This document shows positions 48,035 through 56,450 of a stretch of 64,000 nt of DNA, piece by piece. The stretch lies in sequence record OR352954; one strand, written 5' to 3'. Positions within the stretch are counted from its first letter, which is position 1, and each line of letters opens with the position of its first letter. Under the pieces are notes generated by a model, which was given only the letters and a program-made list of their open reading frames with translations, ran no database searches and was not told where the DNA came from. A program made the position numbers and the translations under genes. This stretch comes from Escherichia phage AV124.

Positions 48035-48295
48035 TGATTAAAGGATAGCATAACGCCGACAGGATGCAACAAATATTTTTAGAATTGTTGAGAACTGTTC
48101 TCATATGCAGTGATATGCATAGAAAATCGCTGTTATGCAATTAGTTTCAACTGGTTACTAAATTTGTGGCGTTTTGAGCGTGGCGCGGCTATCCGATACC
48201 CTCTAAAACGCCCTCAAATCGATTCTAAGCGCTTCAATCTGTAGCCCTGGTAAGTGCATTGCTACGCTGAGATCTCGCTAAATTCACTTTTTTGC

Positions 48296-48323
48296 ATAAA
48301 AAAGCCGGGGATAATTCCCCGGC
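48296..48323 (-). terminator. rho-independent terminator / intergenic hairpin
   Basis: gccgggg-ataatt-ccccggc hairpin, U tract on minus strand; near-identical hairpin at ~49299. Confidence 0.5.
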
Positions 48324-48327
48324 CTGG

Positions 48328-48543
48328 TTACTCACCTGTTACGGCGTATCGCTGCAAATTACGTTTACGATCGGCAAGGCGTTTATTTAACTTCGGGTCG
48401 TACTGGTCCGGCGACCATTGAACCGCGATCCGTTCCGGCTTATGCCGTTTATTGTTACGCTCTCGCCGCTCGTTAGTCTCACCAAAAGCAAGGCGATCGC
48501 GCTGGCTTGTCATCTTCTCAAAGTTGCGGCTTTTTGCTGTCAT
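48328..48543 (-). CDS. small basic protein
   Basis: Arg/Lys-rich ORF. Confidence 0.45.
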   Translation of the reverse strand: MTAKSRNFEKMTSQRDRLAFGETNERRERNNKRHKPERIAVQWSPDQYDPKLNKRLADRKRNLQRYAVTGE

Positions 48544-48880
48544 GTTTTGATCCTCTGTGGTTGTATGTTTCCGCTCGCCATTCCGCGATCTGTTTTTTGC
48601 GATACTCGATCAGCTCTTCGATGTAGTCGAAAGATCCCTCTTTATGTACCAGGACCACGCCGCCCCGGTGTTTAATCTCACAAATCAGGCCGCTACCCTC
48701 CAAATCATTTAACGGCCCGGATCGCCTGGTGTGGTACTCCTCCCCCTGGAAGCAATATTCTATATAATGAAACATTGTTTTAACCCTGTACCAGTAGTAA
48801 AACCACTTCAGAACACGCCAGATCCTGACGTGAATTTTTGCATAATAACAAAATATGAGTAGAATCAAAAATTCTTTCAT
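48518..48880 (-). CDS. hypothetical protein with hydrophobic N-terminus
   Basis: Start at internal Met (MKEFLI) 1 nt after upstream stop; track start 48952 overlaps upstream gene. Confidence 0.4.
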   Translation of the reverse strand: MKEFLILLIFCYYAKIHVRIWRVLKWFYYWYRVKTMFHYIEYCFQGEEYHTRRSGPLNDLEGSGLICEIKHRGGVVLVHKEGSFDYIEELIEYRKKQIAEWRAETYNHRGSKHDSKKPQL

Positions 48881-48881
48881 A

Positions 48882-49277
48882 TTACGCCGCGCTGTTTTTA
48901 AATGGCTTATCCCATGATCCGAACTGTAGATCGATATAGTGACCAACATCAAAATAATCTGTCATCACGTCGCTATTGTTATAATTATCAGTGTCTAGCG
49001 CTTCAATGATTTTTTCAAGCGTTGCGGTAAACTCTTTATCACTCGAATAAGTATGAGCGTTATAATGGTTAACACTGATATATGTAAAGCCGTCCGGGTA
49101 TCCTTCTTTAACTGATTTATGATCCATTTTAGACACAAGATCAAACGGCGCGGATCGGATAGTGCAAACAATAGTTGAATAGTGACGGATCGCAAATGTT
49201 GCTTTCCAACCTTTGGGCAATACAGCTTTTACCGCTTCGACAATTTTCGCTTTCTTCTCTTTATTCATGTAGGCCAT
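48882..49277 (-). CDS. hypothetical protein
   Basis: ORF. Confidence 0.45.
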   Translation of the reverse strand: MAYMNKEKKAKIVEAVKAVLPKGWKATFAIRHYSTIVCTIRSAPFDLVSKMDHKSVKEGYPDGFTYISVNHYNAHTYSSDKEFTATLEKIIEALDTDNYNNSDVMTDYFDVGHYIDLQFGSWDKPFKNSAA

Positions 49278-49336
49278 TTTGTTTACCTTTTAGGTTATGC
49301 CGGGGACAATTCCCCGGCTTTAATCAGTATAGCGGT

Positions 49337-49849
49337 TTAAAGAATCTTTGCAACGTCTTTATAAGACCATGCAAAAAGAGAATTTTGCTTACCTGGTGCA
49401 ACGTCCGCCAGACGTCCAGCAAATCGGGCGCGGTTATGGGGGAACTCAAAGACTACCACGCGCCCGGATATCATTTCCACGCGATCACCGTTTTTCAGAA
49501 GTTTAATCCGGTCAATCAGTGCTTTATGCTCTTTTTTGTGTTTAACATGTTGACGACAAGCGGCGCGCCAATTAACGGAGAATTCATCTTGTTGCGTGGA
49601 TCGCTTAAGGAATTTTTCAGGACAATTGTAATAACACGGGCCGCAGGATTCATCCATATCTTTATAAAAAACCATACCATCTTTGCGGGAAAGGATTGTA
49701 ACACGAATGTAAAGACTTTCATCTCTCGCCCTTGCAAGCTGATAAACTTCATTGCCTACAATAGACGTTTCGATCACGCGGTTATCAGTCAGATAATTTT
49801 CAACAAATTTTTTGTTATTAAGATTAGAATAAATGCTAGTCCAGCCCAT
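49337..49849 (-). CDS. hypothetical protein
   Basis: ORF. Confidence 0.5.
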   Translation of the reverse strand: MGWTSIYSNLNNKKFVENYLTDNRVIETSIVGNEVYQLARARDESLYIRVTILSRKDGMVFYKDMDESCGPCYYNCPEKFLKRSTQQDEFSVNWRAACRQHVKHKKEHKALIDRIKLLKNGDRVEMISGRVVVFEFPHNRARFAGRLADVAPGKQNSLFAWSYKDVAKIL

Positions 49850-49917
49850 TTTATTTACCTCGTTTAGTGTTTAATTTGTTGGTGCCTGGTAATTATAGGC
49901 CCTTTCCGGGCCTGGTG

Positions 49918-50703
49918 TCAAATGATACGTTCGAATTTATCGAATCTTTTTGCGGATCTGCCGTGAACGTCGATCACGACGTTGGCGCGTTTACCATCGC
50001 ATAAGCCGCAATCTAAGCAGCTAATGTTGTGAGTGGTATTAACGCAAGTGATCTCGCCCTCCAGGCGGCGCATATTGTGAGTTTTCACGCGGAAAGTTTT
50101 ATAACCCTTGCGCCATGCTGTGATCGCTTGTTTTTCCGTATCGGCTGAGATCTGGCAAATGGTAGCGATACGATGATCAAAATTCTTATGGTGGATCTGG
50201 TGAGTGTACCCCGTATTGCCTTGCGTATGGTTGACCATGTTTTGCCATACCTCAAAAGGGACCGCCGCCGGATCGCCGTAGGAACCTAAACGGATATAAC
50301 GCCCCGCAAAATGTACCAGATCGCGAGAATCAAGATCTTTATAATTGCCTTTTTTGTAAGACTTCCAGACTGACAGCGGGGCCTGGTGTAATGTCACATA
50401 ACAAGCGCCGTTTAAGCTGGTACGATGGGGACACATACCGCAAACAGATGAATCAAGTTTTTTAGCGCTCGCTTCCAGTGGGCTAACATCCTCACGCATG
50501 ATCCAGGTTTGAACCATATCGCCAGTCTTATCGTTAGCGGTTGACATTGTAGCAATGACCACGATCGGGGCCTTATCCAGGACTGACGGGCCTTTATATA
50601 ATACATAACCCTTTTTTGCTGTGGATTTTTTACCCGGTACACTATGCACGATCTCGGATTCAGAGTTGACAACCAGACCATTATTAAGTTTAAACGTAGA
50701 CAT
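49918..50703 (-). CDS. hypothetical Cys-containing protein
   Basis: 261-aa ORF with CGMCPH and CLDCGLCDG motifs. Confidence 0.5.
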   Translation of the reverse strand: MSTFKLNNGLVVNSESEIVHSVPGKKSTAKKGYVLYKGPSVLDKAPIVVIATMSTANDKTGDMVQTWIMREDVSPLEASAKKLDSSVCGMCPHRTSLNGACYVTLHQAPLSVWKSYKKGNYKDLDSRDLVHFAGRYIRLGSYGDPAAVPFEVWQNMVNHTQGNTGYTHQIHHKNFDHRIATICQISADTEKQAITAWRKGYKTFRVKTHNMRRLEGEITCVNTTHNISCLDCGLCDGKRANVVIDVHGRSAKRFDKFERII

Positions 50704-50806
50704 TGCTTTTTACCTCGATTTATCGCGGCCCTTGCCGCCTGAGAAAACACTTTAGCAAGGGCGCTAACTGAAAGCAAGCGCCCAGGGTAAAATATTTTAT
50801 TTAGCT

Positions 50807-50964
50807 AGTGATAAGGTTTTTCCGTGGTTGATCCCAGGGATAACCCATTGCCCGGCGCCATCTTTAACAGGCTGACGTAAACGCGCCGCCGTGGTTACCT
50901 TGCTGTTAACATTACGGGCAAAAGCGCGGGCCTGGTCACGGGTAGTAAAAGAAATATTTTTCAT
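50807..50964 (-). CDS. small protein (first gene of leftward block)
   Basis: 52-aa ORF not in track; GAGG RBS; promoter-like TTGACG-N17-TAATAT upstream on minus strand. Confidence 0.3.
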
Positions 50965-51193
50965 GTTGTAGCCTCTTCAGTAGATGTAATTTTGTTTTGC
51001 CCTGGATTTTGGAGATCCTCACCTTTCCGGGCCAGATTGAATCCTCATCGCTTGCGCTTTACTCCACGCCCCACTATTTCAACCGGGGGCCTTGGATTCA
51101 CCCCGCCCCGGTGAGATGAATATTAAGTGATAGCGATCCCCGCGTCAATCCCCTGGATGAAAATAAATTAAAAATATTTTTGTTCGTGTGGGC

Positions 51194-51224
51194 TTGCGCC
51201 CCGGCCTGGTTAGTGTACTATATA
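51194..51224 (+). promoter_or_regulatory. promoter A (TTGCGC-N16-TACTAT) with GC hairpin in spacer
   Basis: First of three similar promoters; precedes small ORF 51253. Confidence 0.45.
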
Positions 51225-51252
51225 AGGACTCCCACAAATAAAGGTAAACGAA

Positions 51253-51438
51253 ATGGAAAACGCAAAAGTGATAACGAGTGAAACAATGGTTACCCTTTCC
51301 ACCTGGGAGACGGAAAGCGCAGCGCCCCAGGTTAGGATCGTGCCTTTACCCTTCGCGTTGAAAATGTATAATGCAGGATTTACCAGGGTGAGAATTGTTG
51401 CGGAAAATGGGGAAGTGATCGCGGACTCCTGGGAGTAA
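51253..51438 (+). CDS. small protein
   Basis: 61-aa ORF between promoters A and B. Confidence 0.4.
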   Translation: MENAKVITSETMVTLSTWETESAAPQVRIVPLPFALKMYNAGFTRVRIVAENGEVIADSWE

Positions 51439-51458
51439 AAAATATTTTATCACGGGGC

Positions 51459-51487
51459 TTGCAAACGGCCCCGACCTGGGTTATATT
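51459..51487 (+). promoter_or_regulatory. promoter B (TTGCAA-N17-TATATT)
   Basis: Same architecture as A; downstream ~120 nt lack an ORF. Confidence 0.45.
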
Positions 51488-51619
51488 TATCAGACAGGAG
51501 AAGAGACGCCACCCCCACGGCGGAAAGGCGGGGCTAACATACCAGGCGCGGCGATCTGGTTGGAAGGTGGATCGCCGGTAGCTCGCCTTAAGCCTGTTTG
51601 TAAAGAATTGTAAAGACGA

Positions 51620-51649
51620 TTGCAACCGGGGGTAGGATATACTATATTA
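51620..51649 (+). promoter_or_regulatory. promoter C (TTGCAA-N18-TATATT)
   Basis: Third member of the tandem set. Confidence 0.4.
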
Positions 51650-51818
51650 TACACATAGCGGGAACATTGAAACCGGAGTACAAAACACCGGGGGTGCCTA
51701 TCATTCAGCAAATGAGAATGATTACCATTCAAATAACTAAATAAGAATGCTTCTCATTCAACAAAAAATTTAAATATTGACTTCTGATTTTTCGTGTGAG
51801 ATACTGAGCGATACCCCT

Positions 51819-52030
51819 AAAAAATTTTTTCGCGTAAGAAAACAAATACGATCTGGAAATTGAGATCTCGATCGAGAACCGGGCCGAAAAATTTTTTCTA
51901 GAGAGAAAACAATTACGATCTCGATTTTGAAAAACCGATCGAGAACCCGGTTGATACAGAGAAAAATTTTTTGATAGTGAGAGCAAATACGTTTTTGAAA
52001 ACGAAAAGTCGATCGAGAACCCAGAGTTTG
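51819..52030. repeat. three tandem ~70-bp direct repeats (candidate iterons / regulatory array)
   Basis: Each unit has AAAAATTTTTT, AGAAAACAA(A/T)TACG and palindromic TCGATCGAGAACC core; unit starts ~51819, 51887, 51963. Confidence 0.6.
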
Positions 52031-52257
52031 CTACCTGAAAATTTGAGTTATCTTTTTCGCTTATTTGAGATAAATGTCCAATCTTGATGCCAAGATACCT
52101 ATAGCAATCATACACTTGTGCATCATTTTTCGACATAGCTCCCACAAAGGTTTGAGATAATCTACTCCCAAAACTCTTGATTTAAAAATTTGCAGGGAAG
52201 ATGAAATCCGTTTCAAAAACGATTTTGAAAACCATTTCGAATTTTAAAATATCTTTG

Positions 52258-52290
52258 GGATATTAAATATCATACAAATATCCCACAGTT
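52258..52290 (-). terminator. hairpin downstream of leftward gene 52298..53134
   Basis: gggatatt-N15-aatatccc inverted repeat in AT-rich context. Confidence 0.35.
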
Positions 52291-52297
52291 TTGAATC

Positions 52298-53134
52298 TTA
52301 TCTGGGATTGAAAATATCCTTCCATTTAATAATATCATAGGTTGTGCCTGTAGAAATTTCATACATTTTAATCTCATCTGGGGTCGGATTACAAATGTCA
52401 ATGAAAAATGTGCTCAATACAGAAATCAGGAACCGTTCTGTCTTTCCTGGGACTGTGTAAACAATACGCATATCACCGGGAATAGGAGAAATGGCCAAGG
52501 AGGTAGGGCCATTCATAAGTGTAACGGTATTATCAGCAATCTTGATACGACCATCGACACCATACACCAAATCATGGACAGAAGAATAATGTGCAAGCAC
52601 CTCTACTACCGGGTTACCGACAAGGTTCACGAGGTAATCAAGATACAGGTCTCGCCATCCACGATTCTGCATCATGTACCGTATATGGGAACCTCCATCA
52701 AACATCTCGCCCAGTTGCTCTGCGATCCAGGCAACACCATTTGCAATGTCTTCTCTGTTCCAAGTGTTGTCGATATCTAAAATATCCTTGCTGAACTTGT
52801 TCAAACGGCGCATAGCATTGAGTACATACTCACCTCTTTCAACGAAGGCACGTTCAGTGTCTTTTGCATAATCGAGAAGCCCTTCAACCTCTGATCCTGT
52901 GGCGTATTGCTTAAGGTCATCAAGCACACTTTCCACACTGGCCTTGGCCTGATTGAAAGTATACTCATCAGTCTCGTCAGTAGAGAATTCTACACCACCA
53001 AGGGCGTATGTAGCATCATCATAGAGCTTTTTGAGATCATGACGCATATCCGGGAAGTCATAACCAACCTTGTTATGAGGGATAAGTTCAAGAGTGTTTA
53101 AAATAGTAGTCATCGTATATCGTCCTGTAATCAA
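52298..53134 (-). CDS. hypothetical protein
   Basis: 278-aa ORF. Confidence 0.5.
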   Translation of the reverse strand: MITGRYTMTTILNTLELIPHNKVGYDFPDMRHDLKKLYDDATYALGGVEFSTDETDEYTFNQAKASVESVLDDLKQYATGSEVEGLLDYAKDTERAFVERGEYVLNAMRRLNKFSKDILDIDNTWNREDIANGVAWIAEQLGEMFDGGSHIRYMMQNRGWRDLYLDYLVNLVGNPVVEVLAHYSSVHDLVYGVDGRIKIADNTVTLMNGPTSLAISPIPGDMRIVYTVPGKTERFLISVLSTFFIDICNPTPDEIKMYEISTGTTYDIIKWKDIFNPR

Positions 53135-53394
53135 TCCTGAGGCGTTTTATTAAAAGGCAGTACGTTTGCCTATCTTACATGCTAAAAACCCCGCTACGGC
53201 GTTCCTACGCATCATACGGGGTATTCTAGCATCTGTTTTTCAGTCACGTTTCATTTGGTAGCGCATATACGCCATATTCATTCTGTGTTTGACGTTGTAA
53301 GTTACCGGAAGATGACCAAATACAAAGTAACAGACATCATACAGGATCTCCCAGAACTTAAAAACCAAATATTTAGACCGTTTTTCTAAGCTCA

Positions 53395-53805
53395 TCATCT
53401 CACCTCCACAGGTTCAATAAAATAGTTCTGGCCTTGTTTTGTTTGACAAAATGAACCAATGTACCAGACACCGCCGCCGCCATGCTGGGTGATACGGAGA
53501 ATATCATACCCACCAAGCTTTTCTGGTCTTTTGACACTTGCTGGTGCATCGACTATCTTCATCAACAAATCAAACCCAGACATTGACATCAGGAACTTGT
53601 TCCCGTCTTGATCGACCATTTCAATATTCGCAGCAGAACGACCACGACTGAATCCAGTATACTGGAGTTTCAGCTCTCGAATTTCATGACGATCGGAAAC
53701 ATCCACCTTATCTTCCATCTTCCAGTCATGGGCGTACCCGGTATACCAAGCATTACTGCCCTTCAGGTATAGTGCGGGGTATCCGCGCTTTCCTAACTTA
53801 GCCAT
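53395..53805 (-). CDS. hypothetical protein
   Basis: Internal Met start chosen to limit overlap. Confidence 0.4.
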   Translation of the reverse strand: MAKLGKRGYPALYLKGSNAWYTGYAHDWKMEDKVDVSDRHEIRELKLQYTGFSRGRSAANIEMVDQDGNKFLMSMSGFDLLMKIVDAPASVKRPEKLGGYDILRITQHGGGGVWYIGSFCQTKQGQNYFIEPVEVR

Positions 53806-54148
53806 GCTTACCCTCGTTCTTTTCAATACCAAGGATCATACCCTGGAGTTGCTGTTTCATTGGAATCAGGATTGGCATATCGTCAATCCAGACATCTGGT
53901 GTCCAGCGATTTTCTGCACACACCTGTGCCTTTTGTACACCACTACAGTAGATTATCTTGATATCCAGCTCATTAGCCCAGAACTCAATGTCCGAGTTAT
54001 TATCAGTCGGATATCGGAAGGTAACGAAACGAACATCAAAGTCACCCTCGATGACCATCAAATCAACAATGTGATGCCACATGGTTGGATTTAACGTGAA
54101 AGTATCATCGAAGTCAAGTGCTATTTTCTTTTTCTCGAATGGTTTCAC
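53798..54148 (-). CDS. small HAD-like phosphatase
   Basis: ALDFDDTFT HAD motif I. Confidence 0.4.
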   Translation of the reverse strand: MKPFEKKKIALDFDDTFTLNPTMWHHIVDLMVIEGDFDVRFVTFRYPTDNNSDIEFWANELDIKIIYCSGVQKAQVCAENRWTPDVWIDDMPILIPMKQQLQGMILGIEKNEGKHG

Positions 54149-54531
54149 TCAGCCTCCCACTTGACTACAATCCCATGTGCTGACAAATACTTTTCAACAC
54201 TGACCTTGCATTCCAGCCGACACGCATTATGTATTGCTGCCAAATCATCATTGCCGAATTCACCATCAACGTAATCAGATGGTAATCGGCGGGATGCTAG
54301 ATTCACGGTGACGGTGCGGGACTCCAACTGAGAAATCCGCTGCTGCACCTTCTCCAGCGCCTCTACCAGCGCGAGAACGTTGACAGGGTTAGCAAGACTA
54401 ATAAGATTTATCTTTGACTTATGAACGGTACAAATCTGATGGCCTTCCTCAAACCATTCACTGTCGTAATTTTTAATAACGCGCACTGCTGCCGCTTTCA
54501 GGCTCTGCGCCAGTTCGTTGATATCAATCAT
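54145..54531 (-). CDS. hypothetical protein
   Basis: Internal Met start after upstream stop. Confidence 0.4.
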   Translation of the reverse strand: MIDINELAQSLKAAAVRVIKNYDSEWFEEGHQICTVHKSKINLISLANPVNVLALVEALEKVQQRISQLESRTVTVNLASRRLPSDYVDGEFGNDDLAAIHNACRLECKVSVEKYLSAHGIVVKWEAE

Positions 54532-55174
54532 GCTGAGAATCCTTTTTATCTTCTTTTGTTTTGGCGGCTGCATCCAACTCTTCAGTATATTTCTTGATTT
54601 GAGCATCAAGATACTTAATGGTGCTATCAGCCAGTTGTTGTGTACGTGGTGACTCAACCACATTCTGACCTACATACGCTGCCAGCATCTTATAGGCCGT
54701 CTCTTTCTGCGGCATAAAGTTAGCGTACAGGATACCTAGGAAACATATAACCATGCCAAAGACTGCGATCTTACGTGGACCTTTGGTAACATCCTTTACC
54801 ACAACAGGTGTTGTTGATTGGCCTTCCTTCCGGGTTACTTTGTAGATTGTGGACTGCTTAATATCGTTGCTGGAGACCCTTCCATTCGGCAAGCGAACTC
54901 GAAGCGTATTATCACTGTTCCATACCGTAACGATTTCAATCGTATCCCCGGCCTTACATCCATTCCAGTCTTGATTAAGAATCAGGTTTTCACCTTCGAA
55001 GAACTGATACCCTAAGGCTGTACCATTCTTCTCAAGATCTTCATAAATCTTCTGACCGAAATAGCAACCGGCGTATGCGAGAGCAGAGATAAGCATCAGA
55101 GCAACCCAACCACCATAATTACCGTCTGTAGTCAGAACATCAATTACATAAATCAGAAAAGGCCATGAACCCAT
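54524..55174 (-). CDS. membrane protein
   Basis: N-terminal and central TM-like helices. Confidence 0.45.
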   Translation of the reverse strand: MGSWPFLIYVIDVLTTDGNYGGWVALMLISALAYAGCYFGQKIYEDLEKNGTALGYQFFEGENLILNQDWNGCKAGDTIEIVTVWNSDNTLRVRLPNGRVSSNDIKQSTIYKVTRKEGQSTTPVVVKDVTKGPRKIAVFGMVICFLGILYANFMPQKETAYKMLAAYVGQNVVESPRTQQLADSTIKYLDAQIKKYTEELDAAAKTKEDKKDSQHD

Positions 55175-55199
55175 TTTGTAATCTCCTCTTAGGATAACT

Positions 55200-55460
55200 T
55201 TAATTAAGTGTTAAATTTCCAACAGTTTCAATGAAGCCGAAGGGCATAGAGAATACCTTCACCATATAAATCTTGTCCTTACCATCTTCATAGTAAGGCA
55301 CAACTACAACATCATCAGCTCCCAGAGGAAGCATAGTCATAATCATACCAGAATCTACAACGTATTCAAGCACAGCTTCTTTGGTGGCAGGAATTTCTTT
55401 CTCTGTTTGTTTGCTTTCCAACAGGCCACCACGGTGTTGACGAATACGGATCGTTTTCAT
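55200..55460 (-). CDS. hypothetical protein
   Basis: ORF. Confidence 0.45.
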   Translation of the reverse strand: MKTIRIRQHRGGLLESKQTEKEIPATKEAVLEYVVDSGMIMTMLPLGADDVVVVPYYEDGKDKIYMVKVFSMPFGFIETVGNLTLN

Positions 55461-55668
55461 TTGTTGTCGGCCTCGCGCCGCCCCCAGTTAAGTCGTTCAT
55501 AAGATTCACTGTCGCCCATGCCTCCATCACATAAGCGAACAAGTTCGCACTTCCACACACATCTAACACCCGTAAACGGGTTAGCTCATGGCTAATCCAC
55601 TTGTGGATGACTGAAGTGATGAATCACTTCCTCTTGAAACTAACTATACACTAACTAAACCATAGATC

Positions 55669-55780
55669 AAGATCTTTTTATAAAGATCTATGTTTTATGT
55701 TTTTAAGATCTTATGTGTATTATTTTATATATGTATTCATGTGCAAAATTTGCATGACACGAGACGCAAAATTTGCATCA
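55669..55780. promoter_or_regulatory. operator-like palindromes (AGATCTTT-N4-AAAGATCT; two copies of TGCAAAATTTGCA)
   Basis: Palindromes between leftward genes, adjacent to wHTH protein gene. Confidence 0.4.
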
Positions 55781-56056
55781 CAAGACGGTGTACTCATACG
55801 TACTCATCCCTCTGCGTTCTGTAGATAGATACCCTAGTGCCACGAGGTTTTTTATGGATGTACTGATTGACCTTTCAGACACACCCGTAGCTTCACTAAT
55901 CGTTTTATAACTAGCAAAGTATTTCTTCCCTTTTGTCTCTAAGTATCCTGCCTTGTACTTTATGTGGAGCAGGACACGAAGATCTGTGCATGACAGGTTC
56001 TTATCATGCAGCTCTTTTTCGTCACAAGCTACCCACTTCTCACTCTTTTTTGGCAT
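55778..56056 (-). CDS. winged-helix DNA-binding protein
   Basis: ASYKTISEATGVSERSISTSIKNLVALGYL HTH signature. Confidence 0.45.
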   Translation of the reverse strand: MPKKSEKWVACDEKELHDKNLSCTDLRVLLHIKYKAGYLETKGKKYFASYKTISEATGVSERSISTSIKNLVALGYLSTERRGMSTYEYTVL

Positions 56057-56450
56057 CCAAGTATTTCTCCAAATGAGTGAGTACAACCCCTTGGGCATAC
56101 TCTTGAGATGCATCATTGTGGTGAAGAACAGCCAGATCACATCCAAGTTTGTGCAAACTCCTCTCGAATGGAGACAAGTGTGTCATCATAACTTCGACCA
56201 GACTAAGCTCTTCTTCTGTGATGTGGAGGGGATCATCCGTGAAATCCCTGGAGATGAGAATCTCTCTCTCACCTCCTTCTCCGTGACCATAGACCTCGAC
56301 AATCCTCCTGTTACAGAAAATTTCGTACTGATAGCCGTTCCAATCTTGACCGTCTTGGGCTTCAAAGTTCACAATGAGGCAACAACCAAGCCCCAACAAG
56401 AGTACCTGGAAATCCAAATTGTGAACAATTTTTTTATTTAAAGTGTTCAT
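56040..56450 (-). CDS. hypothetical protein
   Basis: ORF; co-oriented with neighbours. Confidence 0.4.
   Translation of the reverse strand: MNTLNKKIVHNLDFQVLLLGLGCCLIVNFEAQDGQDWNGYQYEIFCNRRIVEVYGHGEGGEREILISRDFTDDPLHITEEELSLVEVMMTHLSPFERSLHKLGCDLAVLHHNDASQEYAQGVVLTHLEKYLDAKKE

Noticed and set aside
51380-51732. Minus-strand ORFs 51380..51625 and 51490..51732 in the promoter hub
   Set aside because: Translations are Pro/Arg/Ser-rich and overlap the plus-strand promoters and hairpins; region judged non-coding.
51819-52030. Possible CRISPR array
   Set aside because: Only three units, units are ~70 bp with internal divergence, no spacer-repeat regularity, and no cas genes; better explained as iterons or a regulatory array.
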